A DNA stretch of 64,000 nt from Rhizophagus irregularis (lineage: Eukaryota). This document shows positions 10,936 through 23,440 of the stretch, in pieces (position 1 is the stretch's first letter; each line of letters opens with the position of its first letter). The stretch spans positions 4,960,001 through 5,024,000 of the forward strand of contig NC_089435.1 in assembly GCF_026210795.1 (NCBI RefSeq), given 5' to 3'. The position numbers and the translations under genes are program-made. The notes beneath the pieces were generated by a model. The model was not told the origin of the DNA. It was given only the letters and a program-made list of their open reading frames with translations, and searched no databases.

Positions 10936-12774
10936 GTATATTCTTTTTGTTTAAGAGTAATTAAGAGTAAATAATTAAGAGTAAAATTTTTTTTTCTCTC
11001 ACTAACATACTCATGTCATACATATATATATTTAAAAAGGGGGAGGCTATATATATATATATATATATGCTCCATAATGTAATTTTTAACTTTCAAAAAA
11101 ATATTTTTTGTTTCACTTCATGTGGGAATTATTTTTTGTATTTCCATATTTAGAACATGTGTATAATTTTTTTGAAATAAATAATTACCTCATCCATATT
11201 TATATACATTGTGTCATTACAATTACTAAACGATATTGTAATAACTGCGGTTTAAGGAGAAGATTAAACCTGAATATTTCCTAAGAAGATAATTAAACAT
11301 CATAATGTCATTGATAAATTCATTTGCGTTAAAAAAAACTTTTTTTCATTCATTTTAACAATTATTTTTTTTATTGTTTAATAAGTATAAAATTTTAATG
11401 TTTATTAAATATTTACTATTTAGTAAACATAAGATTTATTTGGTTTAATTTCGTGATGGTATACGCATTATTAATATTTACTAAATCAAATTGATTAATT
11501 GATGAGAAAATTCTAATTAAATATAATAATTGTTATCATTATTTATAAATTGTATCTAAAATTAATTTGTATATTAAAACACCAAAATTCATCAATTGAT
11601 CGATAAGATGTGAAAAATATTTAAAAGTTTCTTTTATATATATAAATAATGAAAATACAAAGAAGCATGACGGATTGATGCATGGATATAATGATTTTTT
11701 ATATGATCATATAACCAATGCTTTTTTTTATAGTAATTCCAGAGAATATAAGGGCTACATTTGTTACATGCATTAATAAAAAAAATATATACAGTACACT
11801 ACATCACTATTTAGACAAAATTCTTTATCAAGAACATAATGTACAATGTCTAATCGTCATCATCTATATCATAACGAGACGTGTCAAATAAAGTATCCTT
11901 ATGTTTTAGTGATCATAAATGATCGGTAGGGTGCGTTGCAACGCCCCTGCGTAAAATTATTATTAATAAATTTTGAATCAATATTTATTTTTGGTTACTT
12001 TAAGTTTATAAATTTATGACCCAATCATTTTATGCAATCATTTTATACTAATGATAATGACCGAAAGTTTGGTAAAAGGAAACAAAATTATTCAAAAAAA
12101 AAAATCTGAAACAAGATGCAACTCATACAAGCAATGAGAATATCAATATCGTCATATTAAATTGAACTTAAAAAAAACATTACAATGACGAAACAGGTTT
12201 ATTGATACTCCGACCTACCCCTTTTTTTACAATGAAAAATGAGAAAAAAGATGATAACCCTACAACCCTACAATACACAATACAAAGTGTACAAAAAAAA
12301 AAAATGTTTGTATTTTGATAAAGTACAATCACATGTTAGCTGCGATTCATTTCGCGTTTTCACTGACGCCACCAGCCCACCACACTTTTATGATTATAGA
12401 AATTTGTTTTAATTATCGATTATTTAGTGATAACTTTTTGAACAAAATGAATAAATGTTTTTTTTTCGGATAATGACAAATCCAAACTTATAAGATTGAA
12501 AAATGTTATAACTGATAACCACAAATAATTTCCGATCGATGAATGTGATTTGCAAATCAGTCCTATGTTAAGAGAGTCACCTAAAAAAAGAAAATAAAAC
12601 GAACAGTTACTAATAATAAAAATTTTTAATTGTTTTTATATAATTTATTACGTCTTAATAAAATCATTTATAACTATTATATAAGATTAATTTATATAAT
12701 TACTCGTTATTCGTTAATTGTTTTATTGTTTTTTTGGCTATGATTGATCGACAAATCACCTGATCTCTTCGAAA

Positions 12775-14325
12775 TCAACAATTCTTTATTCCTTCATTTT
12801 TTAAAATTAATTTATACATTATTATAATCCAAACAGTAACTAACAAAGCACTTAGATTTAGAAATATCTTATTGAAAATATCAGGAGTTTGTAAAAGAAA
12901 ATAATTAATTAAGGAAGGTAAATAAAGCACATTAACGTTTATAAATTCTTCAATAATGAAAATATAAACTTGATATTTAGGCAATATATCTTTATAAATT
13001 TCTTGATTCTTCTTAATATATACTTCTAAGTTTCCTCTACGATATGCCATTATTAATATCGTAAATTGAATTATAGATGTAAGAGAAATAGTAATAATTA
13101 AACACACGACAAAACTTTGTGTAAAATTTTCTTTTAAGTCATTAAGTAAAAAACCAAGTACAATTACAAAGAGAGTTAAAGCTGTATAGTTTACTAAGAA
13201 AAACGATTGAATAAAAATTTTTTTGGATCGATTTTCAGTTGATCGATTTTCAGTTGAATTCGATGATCGGAGGGTTGATTTGAGATTTTTAGTTGATTTG
13301 GGATATTCAGTTGAATTCGATGATCGGAGGAGGGTTTCAGTTGATTTGAGATTTTCAGAATTCGATGATCGGAGGAGGGTTTCAGTTGATTTGAGATTTT
13401 CATTTGATATGGAATTTAGAGTTGGAAATTTAGCTTTACTCGTTTCAATAAAATCCGTCATACACGTTAAAAAGTGACTAAAAAAAGTAGCTTGTGTTGA
13501 TGGTGGTTCTATTTTTTGTTCCAAAGTCTTAACTCTTTCTTCAAGAATTTGAAATTTTGGTTGATATACTCTTTTAGGGAGGAAATTTTTATTAAGATTT
13601 TCTTCAAGAGTTTGAATTTGCGTTTTAATGCTTTCTCCAAAAGATTGTTCAATAGTTCGAATGCCTTCCTCAAAAGATTGTTTGAAAGTTTGAACATGTT
13701 CTTCAAAGGATTTTTTGAGAGGTTGAATTTTTTTTTGGACGCTTACTTCAAGGGATTTTTTAAGAGCTTGAATTTGTTTTTGTGTGTTTTCTTCAAAGGA
13801 TTTTTTAAGAGTTTGAATTTGTGTTTTGAAGCTATCTTCAAGGGTTTGTTTAACAATTTTAATTTGTTCATTTTGTGCTTTGACAATTTCTTTAAGAGCT
13901 TGTTTAATGACTAAGATTTGCTTTTTAAATTCTTTTTCAACCTTTTCTTCTTCAGTTTTTGTTTTAGTTTTAAAGAAAATATAAAAATTTCCGATAATTT
14001 CAATTCCAAATAAAACAACTACAATATGCTGTAAAATTTTAATAAAGTTAGAAACTTTTCTAACTGGTGAAAAAATAAAAGCTAATTCTTGTTGTATGCA
14101 AATGTTAACAAAATATACAATTGACCTAGTTAAGTAAACTAATGTACTTGAACCATAGTCATCATATTCGTAGTCTACGATTACAAAAATGATTAATGGA
14201 ACCATAAAATTGATTAAAACATCAATATAACCTAAGAACGCTTTTTGAGCGTAATCATCAGCAGATACTTGCGCCGAAACAAAAGGGCACAAAAAAGTGA
14301 TAAAGATAATAAATAAAAAGGGCAT
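12775..14325 (-). CDS. Signal peptide + 7-TM membrane protein with long coiled-coil loop, paralog A (unknown family)
   Basis: Intronless 516-aa ORF: signal peptide, 3 hydrophobic helices, ~250-aa loop with QIQTLKKSFEE-type repeats and NLKSTETLLRSSNS repeats, then 4 hydrophobic helices. Confidence 0.8.
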   Translation of the reverse strand: MPFLFIIFITFLCPFVSAQVSADDYAQKAFLGYIDVLINFMVPLIIFVIVDYEYDDYGSSTLVYLTRSIVYFVNICIQQELAFIFSPVRKVSNFIKILQHIVVVLFGIEIIGNFYIFFKTKTKTEEEKVEKEFKKQILVIKQALKEIVKAQNEQIKIVKQTLEDSFKTQIQTLKKSFEENTQKQIQALKKSLEVSVQKKIQPLKKSFEEHVQTFKQSFEEGIRTIEQSFGESIKTQIQTLEENLNKNFLPKRVYQPKFQILEERVKTLEQKIEPPSTQATFFSHFLTCMTDFIETSKAKFPTLNSISNENLKSTETLLRSSNSENLKSTETLLRSSNSTEYPKSTKNLKSTLRSSNSTENRSTENRSKKIFIQSFFLVNYTALTLFVIVLGFLLNDLKENFTQSFVVCLIITISLTSIIQFTILIMAYRRGNLEVYIKKNQEIYKDILPKYQVYIFIIEEFINVNVLYLPSLINYFLLQTPDIFNKIFLNLSALLVTVWIIIMYKLILKNEGIKNC

Positions 14326-15302
14326 TTTGTCGTGAATGATGGCGAAAAAAAGTAAAAAAAAATTTTTTATCTGGATTTATATTTAATTTACATATTTGAA
14401 TTGCTCTATGCAGAAATAGAAATGTGGAACCTCTTCTACTTGATCACGCACCTCAAATATAAAAAAAAAAACTTTTTTTTAAAGAAATGTAACCAATGAT
14501 TCTTTTTACTTGCATAAAAAAGATATACAATAGTAGAGCTCGGCCGAATTTAATACAGTGTTACATGTAAACTTTTTTTTCTGAAAGCTCAAAAAAAAAA
14601 AATCTATATATAAATAAGATCATTTGTACTTCGATGCGCAGTCATGCACGTGCATGGTGCGTGTACAGCATGGTAGTTTCCGCCTTAATTATATTTAAAA
14701 GTAATGTTTAATCAAATTTCCTTTATAAAAAAATCAAAACTAAACTAAAAAAGTATCAACAAATGAAAAAAAAAATGTTTCTTTTTTCAAATCTCCCGAT
14801 TAAAGAACGTCAATAATAATTTTTTTTTTTTTCATAGAATTCAACTTAATTATGATTAAATAGCGCCCAATTTTTGAAATTCAATGCATTTCAAGATAAT
14901 GATTATAAATATAATAATATAATTATTTATAATTAACAAACATAATTAAATTACACATGTACAGTATATATCTTATTCATTGAACATAAATCATTAAGAG
15001 GTATAGTACAAGGGATTTAAACTAATTGTACAAGATTATCATAAAAATTTTTTCATTACTGTTTTTCAGCATTGGTTGCCAAAAATATGTAGAATGCAAA
15101 AATTATTCAGGTGTACAACTGTACAATCTGTACGTTACGCCGTTATTCCTAATTCTCTATTTAATTGATCTAATATGGAATATTCAATGAAAACGGTGAT
15201 TTATTTAGTTTAATATAACCTTGAAAAAAAAATATTTAAATTTTTTTTTTTCGCCATCATTCACGGTAGATTGTAATTATTTCGCTTATTTCAACCATAA
15301 AA

Positions 15303-17081
15303 ATGTTCTTCGTTATTATCTTTATTTGTTTATTGTGTCCTTTTGTTACGGCGCAAGTATCTAATGATAATGATTATGCTTTAGAAGCATTTTCAGGTTA
15401 TATTGATGTTTTAATTAATTTCATGGTACCACTGCTAGTTTTTTTAATCGTAGATTATGGCTATGAGTCAAAATCATTTGTTCGTTTATCTAGATCGCTT
15501 GTATTTTTTATCAATGTCGCCATACAACAAGAAATAGCTTTTATTTTTTCATCATTTAAAGTTTCTAACTTTGTTAAAATTTTACAACATATTGTATTTG
15601 GTTTATTAGGAATTGAAATTATAGGAAATTTTATTATTTTCCTTATTATTAAAAAAGAGAAAACAGAACCCAATCCATTAGAAATTTTAGAAAAAAAATT
15701 TGAAAAAAAGTTCAAAGGGGAAATTTATGACCTTAAAGAAACTCTCAAAAAAGCTGTCAAAACACAAAATGAACAAATTCGAACTTTTGAAAATAGCATT
15801 AAAACACAATTTCAAACTCTTAAAACTCTTCAACAAACCCTTGAATATAAGTTTAAATTACAAATTCAAAATCTTAAAAAATACTTTGATGAAAGTATTC
15901 AAATACTTGAAGAAATTCATGAATCAAGATGGAAAATTTTTACCCAATTTTTTGCTCAAATCATTCAAATCATTCAAATCCTTAAACAATTTTTTGATGA
16001 ATATATTAAAACACAAATTCAAACTCTTGAAAATATTTTTCTCACTAAAAGAGAATATGAACCAAAATTTCAAACCCTTAAAAAAAAAGTTAAAACCCTT
16101 GAACAAATAGTAGATCCATCATCACAAAATAAAACACCGATAGATAAGGTAAACACATCGGAATCAGCTTCTAGTGATATAGAGGGAAAGTTGAATAAAG
16201 TTAAATTAGAGTTTAATGAAGCTAAATTAAAGTTTGCTGATAGTGATATAGATGGAAAGTTTAATAAAGCTAAATCAGAGTATGATGAAGCTAAATCAAA
16301 ATTGAATAATGCATTTGAAGAAAATTTTGATAATACACAAGAGTTGAAACTTCAAGAAAAGTTGAAACTTCAAGAAGAGTTGAGACTTAAAGAAGAGTTG
16401 GAACTTCAAAAAAAGTTGGATGGTATGTTTCAGGATGTATATATAATTCAAGGAAAGGATGATATATTTCAAGAAAAGGATGATATATTTCAAGAAAAGG
16501 ATGATATAATTCAAGGAAAGGATGATATATTTCAAGAAAAGGATGATATATTTCAAGGAAAGGTTGATGAAGGAAAGTCAAGTAAAAATTTTAACAAAGA
16601 AAAAATTTTTATTGAGATGTTACGCTTAGCAGCAAAGTTCACAGCTTTAACTTTTTTTGGAATTATACTTTGCTTTTTACTAAATGATTTAAAAGAAAAT
16701 ATTACACAAAGTTTTGTCATGTCTTCGGTTATTTCTGCTTCTCTTATATTTATTATTCAATTTACGATATTAATAACAGCATATCGTAGAGAAAAATTAG
16801 AAGTATATATTGAGAAGCAAGAAATTTATAATAATGTAGTATCTAAATATTATGCTTATTTTAGCATTATTGAAGAATTTGTAAGCATAAATGTACTTTA
16901 TTTACCTTCCTTAATTAATTATTTTCTTTTACAAACTCCAAATATTTTCAATAAGATATTTCTAAATTTAAGCGCTTTGTTAGTTACTGTTTGGATTATG
17001 GTAATGTATAAATCAATTTTAAAAAATGAAGGAATGAACGAAAAGAAAGTGGAGAAGAAAGAGAAGGATAACGTAGCATGA
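15303..17081 (+). CDS. Signal peptide + 7-TM membrane protein with long coiled-coil loop, paralog B
   Basis: 592-aa ORF with TM blocks nearly identical to paralog A (GYIDVLINFMVPL; NVLYLPSLINYFLLQTP.IFNKIFLNLSALLVTVWI). Shares the upstream motif TTTTTTCGCCATCATTCACG (~15245, and reverse complement at 14331-14350). Confidence 0.8.
   Translation: MFFVIIFICLLCPFVTAQVSNDNDYALEAFSGYIDVLINFMVPLLVFLIVDYGYESKSFVRLSRSLVFFINVAIQQEIAFIFSSFKVSNFVKILQHIVFGLLGIEIIGNFIIFLIIKKEKTEPNPLEILEKKFEKKFKGEIYDLKETLKKAVKTQNEQIRTFENSIKTQFQTLKTLQQTLEYKFKLQIQNLKKYFDESIQILEEIHESRWKIFTQFFAQIIQIIQILKQFFDEYIKTQIQTLENIFLTKREYEPKFQTLKKKVKTLEQIVDPSSQNKTPIDKVNTSESASSDIEGKLNKVKLEFNEAKLKFADSDIDGKFNKAKSEYDEAKSKLNNAFEENFDNTQELKLQEKLKLQEELRLKEELELQKKLDGMFQDVYIIQGKDDIFQEKDDIFQEKDDIIQGKDDIFQEKDDIFQGKVDEGKSSKNFNKEKIFIEMLRLAAKFTALTFFGIILCFLLNDLKENITQSFVMSSVISASLIFIIQFTILITAYRREKLEVYIEKQEIYNNVVSKYYAYFSIIEEFVSINVLYLPSLINYFLLQTPNIFNKIFLNLSALLVTVWIMVMYKSILKNEGMNEKKVEKKEKDNVA
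16447..16563 (+). repeat. 21-bp coding tandem repeat (DDIFQEK/DDIIQGK, about 5-6 copies)
   Basis: GATGATATAWTTCAAGRAAAG units inside paralog B. Confidence 0.85.
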
Positions 17082-18429
17082 AAAAGTTTAGATTTTGATT
17101 TTCACTTACTAGATTCTTAAAAAAATTATTCTATTTTATTTTATTTATATTTTTCCTTACTAGATAAATATTAAACAATAGCGTTTTTTTACTGGGACTT
17201 ATTTTTTTTTTGTTATCTGATTTTTGTTTCGTTCAAAAAAATTTACAAAAAACGGCAGTTATTATTTTGATATTATATATTATTTTATCGTATAGTACTT
17301 CAAATTTTCGACACATCCATCATTCATAATGTTGGCCAACTTTCTTAATGCATTAGGCCGGTTGACATCTGAAGCAGTTAACATCTGGCGTATAAAATAC
17401 GAAGTACAATAGACATAATTATTGTGATTTGCTGTGTTTTTTTTTCTCAATAATCGGTTAGTTTCGTTGTTTTGAGTAACATTTATAATTTTACTTCAAT
17501 AATGAAAAAGAAACAGTATTTCTGTTAACATTATAAATAAAATAATTGCGAGATTTGATATTACTCATCTCCATGTCACAAATTGTCAAAATTTTCAAAA
17601 ATGTTATTTATGACCCTTGTTAGGGCTCTAAGTAGTAAATTTGTATAGCAGGCAAAATTACCTTTTTTAAATTTTTCGTCAAAAATTAAGTTGTTCCTTT
17701 TTTGGAAATGATCGGCAAACGATCGGCATGACGCTCTATTAAATTTAGGTTTTTTTTTATGACGATTAGATCTTTGGGATTTAAACATCTTCTTTGCCTT
17801 TGGTGTCTTGCACTTCCCTCAATGAGATCAGTAAGCGATTGAGATAATGCTCAAGAAACAATCAATTGAAGCAAAATAAATAAAAATGGCAATCAACACG
17901 AGACTTAAATGATCATCACTCTCAGTTTTTTAGCCAATCAAATCGTGTAATGAATCAGTGCTTGAGAACGGCCTAGAGAACGGCCTTGAGAATCCTTTGG
18001 GATTTAATTACCTTTGTTTTTAGTTTTTGATTTTAATCTTTGGGACTTTGTTTTTTCAATTTTGGTTTTTTTTTTGGGATTTAATCACCTTTATCTTTGA
18101 TTTTTCAATAAAAATTTTATTTGCAAAAAAATTAAAAGTCATCCATAAATTCACTCTTTTTCGAAAATGTTATTTATAAAACAATTTTTGTCATTGGTAA
18201 AATAAAATATGATGAAGGTGGGAAAATTTTATTAGATATGAAGGCAATAATAATGAATATGTTATTGTTTTGCCAGAGAAAATCAGTAAGTTTCCAAATA
18301 GTGTAAATTATCAAATAGCTATTTTTAATTTTTTTAATAACTACTTTTAATACAGGAATTCAATTAACTATTTTTTTTTAAAAAATTGCTGAACTTTCTA
18401 GCAAAATAAGCATCAGTAAATTTTTTGGG

Positions 18430-18576
18430 ACATGGATCCTTAGAGATTCCTTAAATTGTCCTGGAATCCTTAAGGATCCAATAATTTACTAAATTATAAA
18501 GATCTTTAAGGATTCTATGAATTACTGGATCCTTAAGGATTCCTAAAAAAAAAAAATCTTTAAGGAATCCAGACTG
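18430..18576. repeat. Cluster of palindromic GGATCCTTAAGGA(T/A)TCC motifs, probably a transposon subterminal region
   Basis: About 6 variants of GATCCTTAAGGA, ending in CCAGACTG. A CAGACTG end also occurs at ~34775. Confidence 0.4.
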
Positions 18577-21139
18577 ACATACGTAATACTGTAATACGAA
18601 ATATAGTTGACCATGATTGACTCGAGTCAAATATATATCATCGGAGAAAATTTTCCTAATGAAGCTCCAAAACGGCGTTATGAATTACCAGAACGATCAA
18701 CAAAATGTGACGAACCAATCCGAAGCATCAAACCAACCACGTGCAAACTCTTCTGGGAGATTACAACTCAATGTCTTTTTATTATGTCTTACCAATATAT
18801 TTCCTTGCAGGCTCAGGCTCAATATTCAGAAGCATCAGCTTATCTATCTGGAGTTCTGGACCCAATTCAAGCAACTTTTCGACCGAATCAGGGACGAAAA
18901 AAGTTTAACTTGAAGGATTTGTATTAATTATAGTATATATTTTAATTTTAATTAAATTATGAATTTCTTTTAATCATTCTATGGTCCAATGTACGAATTA
19001 TTATGTAAATAACAATAATATAAAGAAAAAAATACTGATAAATTTTCATTTTTACTTAACCAGCCGGGCTCTTTCTTATATATTTATAAAGATTGATTTT
19101 TAAACATGTATATTCATGTTTATTATAAGTCACGCGATAACTGATAGTGTGATTAACAAAAAGAAATATTTTTGAAAATAACTTGTCAAAAACTTTGTTC
19201 CCTTAACTGAATATTTTTTAATTTTTACAATATATGATAATGCTTTGATATAAAATATTAAATAAAAAATTAATTTTTTAAAAATTAGTACTGACTGTGC
19301 CGCATTATTTTTTCATTAAGTATTATAAATCTATTTATTAATATTAACGTCTTGCAAAAAATTCTTTTTGTGTCTACACTCTTGTAAAAGAAAAAAAAAT
19401 AATGAAATAATAGCGTGTTAATGTTTTTAATTTTCAGGTCAAAAAAAGAATATGTTTGTCATACATCCCTAGCCTTAAATCATGGAAATTTTAATCTTTC
19501 TAACATGGATATCCGTGAATGTATCATTTCACGGAATTTTACGAAAGCCACGGAGAAATAATGGAAATATTCGGATAAAATTTTTTAGGGCATAATCATG
19601 TATATTTTGACCGGGTCAAGAAAGTAATACGAGGAGGGTCAAGAAGGTAATTTTTGCGATAAGTGCAGAAGACGAATCCCTCAAAGAAAAAAGCTAGAAT
19701 AGCCTAAAGAGGTGATATAATCCGTAGTTGATGATCGTGCCTCCGTAATTTTGTGGTGTTGTGGGTTATGGGGTTGTGCCGTTGTGGGATACTCTAACTT
19801 TTTTCGTCTTTAGGTACAAGCACCGGTCTGGATCTTAACATTTCTTTTTTTTTCCAGAAACAAGAGGTATATACATGATATCATTTTCATGCACAGCGCC
19901 TTCGACCAAATGTTCCCAGATTTATAATTTGATGTTGGGTTCACTATTCCAATTTTACAAGCATCGATAAGTAAATACATAATCTTTGTATGTATAAAGA
20001 ATCACAGATCTGTTTTGACAAGCAAACGCCTCACTATAAAAAAAATAATAATAAAAAATAATGCAAAACAAATCTATTTTATTTACTTTACACTTACTTC
20101 ACTCTGCACTTGCTTTGCAAAAAAACACCTTGTAGGCGTTGTGGCACATCTTTGAGACTTCACACTTTTTTATTCTTCTTAGCGCATGTTTCTTGAATTA
20201 TGTCATCATGAAACCAATTCTCCAATGACTTCCTATACGTGATAATAAAATTGCTAATGAGCTTTCCACACGTATATCCGAAATTAACGAAATAATACGG
20301 CACGTGATGGAAGTATTACTACGGAAATCGAAAGAATCCTTACTTGATGTCTACAGAAAACTTACCGCAGTAGTTAATATTAAAATTGCCAACGAACTTT
20401 TCACATGTCTTTCTGAAGTTAATTCTACTTTCACTACGGAGCTCGGCAGAATAAACAATGAACTTAATCGCTAAAATCAATTCACGTGATGCTGGCTACA
20501 TCTCTGAAATTTTATCAATGGTGACCAAATTCATAGTTTTGCGAAACTCTCCGAAATGAAATGATCCAACGTTATGCAATTGTTACCCAAAAACTCCAAA
20601 GACTTCAGGTCGAATTTGATCAGCTGAGCGTGGCCAATCAATCCGACCTACCTCTAGTAGCGAAAGTTCTTCTAGTCGATTATCCGATTCATCTCTTGAA
20701 AAAAATAGAAACCGTTTTAAGCGAGTTTTGCAGTAAATTTTTTATTTTTATGAGAAATCAAGCTTAGCACATGGTGCCGTGTATGCAATATGCAATAAAA
20801 TAACACTAGCGCTAAAGAAATTTTTTTCATAACTCTGGCAACCCCGGTCCTATTACGATACACCGCATAAAATTCTGCGTGGTATAACAGCAGATTAAAA
20901 ACCTCTACACATCACTGAAATAAACTCTGAAATAAAATCTCATCGAGCTTGAAAAAACATATTTAGCCTTACGTAATATTTATTCAGTAAGATTTTAAAA
21001 GCTGATCATTTTAATGAATTATTTGAATCGAGATTTTCAAGAGACCCAACATCTAAAATATATAATATATAAAAAAATGCCACCCCGTATTACTTATATA
21101 ATAGCCTAAGGATTTTTTAGACTTAGCGCACCCTAATAA

Positions 21140-21492
21140 TAGTTCAAATTTGAGATACAATATGCTAACTCTATAATATATTGAATTACATAATAGCTAT
21201 AATCTTTTTTTACCTTGCTTTTATAGACTGGAGCAGAAAGTTTTAGAAGTATAACGAGAAGTTATTATTTTAATTTATGTTAGGTTGTATTGAGTTGAAA
21301 ATTAATCTAAATAAAATATATTAAAATTACAAAAATCTACCTGCTTACACCCTGAGGGTAATATGAATGTGATGGATCGTAACTACAAAAATAACCAGTA
21401 GAGCAATCATGATTTTTGCAACACTTTTAAGCAGATGCAAAAGTAGCGAGGGTAATTAATAGGGGCAAGAGTGAAAAAAGGTTATATTTCAT
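21140..21492 (-). pseudogene. Small secreted cysteine-rich protein, nonsense-disrupted
   Basis: ATG at 21492 gives MKYNLFSLLPLLITLATFASA*KCCKNHDCSTGYFCSYDPSHSYYPQG|GTAAGC, with TAA at 21427-21429. Further Cys-containing pieces (FCSSL, AYCISNLN) lie downstream. Confidence 0.6.
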
Positions 21493-23029
21493 TTTGATTT
21501 TTGTTGGTCTTTATTATTATTATTATTATTTGTAGAGAGGAAATTTTTCTATTTTTTAAATTGAGTGGAGTCAAGTGTATTTATATATTAAAATCGGTAT
21601 AATGTTTAGCAAAGCTTAAAATAAGCCAAAGTCAAGTCACTTACAAGCCCTATGATACAAAAGAGGAGAATATAAGAAATATAAACCAAATCTAAGCCAG
21701 ATTTAAGCCCTTCTATAATGTTAGTTTTTAGGACTGTGCATAAGCCACGACCAAAATAATTAGATAAAGCAGACTTTATGACATGGATTTCATTTTTTAT
21801 TTGGCTGTGAACAGTTTAAATTACCAATCCTTCCCAAAAAAGCATTTAAACAAGCCTCTCTATATTGTTTACACCAATGTCTAAAATAATCAGGTTAAAG
21901 CAATAACATGAGATACATTTATAATTTTTGGAACACAATACTTCATATTAACAGGATTTTTGGTTTAGAAGAATCCAGCGGGGCTGAATATGCCAAAACA
22001 TCTAAAACTGCCGAGTTTCGCTTGGAATTTATTAAAGAATTCGATCATTTTTTTTTACGTCTCTTGTTATTATGATTTTAGATGCATTTTCGAGGTTTCG
22101 TTTCCTTAAATCCATATTTTTAATACAATTTTAGCATATCAAATGTATAATGCTAATTAGTTACCTTTATTTGCCAAAAAAGTTCAAAGGATTATGGTGC
22201 TTCAAACTTTTGTTCAACTACAGGAATTGCAATATTATTCTTAAATTTTTTTCAAGATTAACATTTGATCCAATAAATACATTTTTTTCGCTATTACTGT
22301 TTCCACCAGATTTAATTGTTTCAAAATTGACCCAAAGCGTGGATTTCCATGGATTGCTAATCATTCTATTTTAGTTAAAAATTAAAAGCGTGGAAATGGT
22401 GATCATCTTAAATTTTATTTTATAAATCTATTTTTAATAGTTAGTAGTCGAGAAATACATAATTTTAAATTTGACAATAAGAGTTTATTAACTTATTATG
22501 ATTATTATGAATTTCCGAGATTTGAGGAAAAGTTTTATATTTTAACAAATAAACAAACAATACAAATTCACATTGCACATAACAACAGGTTTTTAATTTT
22601 GATTTTCTGATAGAGAAGTACGTTGAAAGCGTTTTATTATAAATCATTTTTTGTCATGAACATTTGCTCGCTTTTTCACAATCAGACCAGATAAGATTCA
22701 TCATATAAGAAGAATCAAAAATTAGTTATTTCAGAGGATTTCACATCATAGCATGGTTTTCTTTTTTGATTTTCTGATAGAGAAATATTTAGAAACTGTT
22801 ATAGTATTACCAATCATATTTATTAATCATTTTTAATTAAAATTTAATGCTATATTTTATAATATATTTAATTTTTTTTTTATTTTACTTAAAAAATACC
22901 ATGAAATTTAATAAAAAAAATATTGTTTTTGAATAAAAATTATTTTTTTAATTGATTAATTACAGTTCTATTAATTGTATTAATTTTTATAATATTTTAA
23001 AAATTTAATACAATGAGTATAAGGCCTTT

Positions 23030-23440
23030 ATAAAGAGGGCGATCAAAATTATCCACTTTTCGAAATAAAAAATTTTTATGCAAAAAATGTAAAAAAAAAT
23101 AATTTAAAATCAATGTTTTATTTATGATTTAATTTATTATATTATGTAAAAAATTAATATTTAATTCTATCGCCATTTGCGGCAATAACTGCCTCAATTC
23201 TCTTAGGCATACTATTAACCAATTTTTTATAATATTCTGGGGGAATATCTTTCCACGCATCTTTAACATATTTTTCAAGCACTTTAATATTAGATGGTGG
23301 CGGTGTACGACGGCAAACCATCATTTTCATCTCTGCCCAAAGGTTCTCAATTGGATTGAGATCGGGACTTTGGGCAGGTCAATCAAGCACCACAATTTCA
23401 GCATTTTCGCTTGCTTCAGCATAAATAGGCACGGTATTCT
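23030..23440 (-). mobile_element. Tc1-like (DD34E) transposase C-terminal relic with probable terminus
   Basis: 23154-23440 minus strand reads VVLD*PAQSPDLNPIENLW...DAWKDIP...KLVNSMPKRIEAVIAANGDRIKY*. A TIR-like AGAGGGCGATCAAAATT lies at ~23034. Confidence 0.8.

Noticed and set aside
13194..16581. Multiple short alternative-frame ORFs inside the 7-TM genes
   Set aside because: By-products of repetitive coding sequence.
18607..20767. Short ORFs and coding-like relics
   Set aside because: No identifiable domain; fragmentary.
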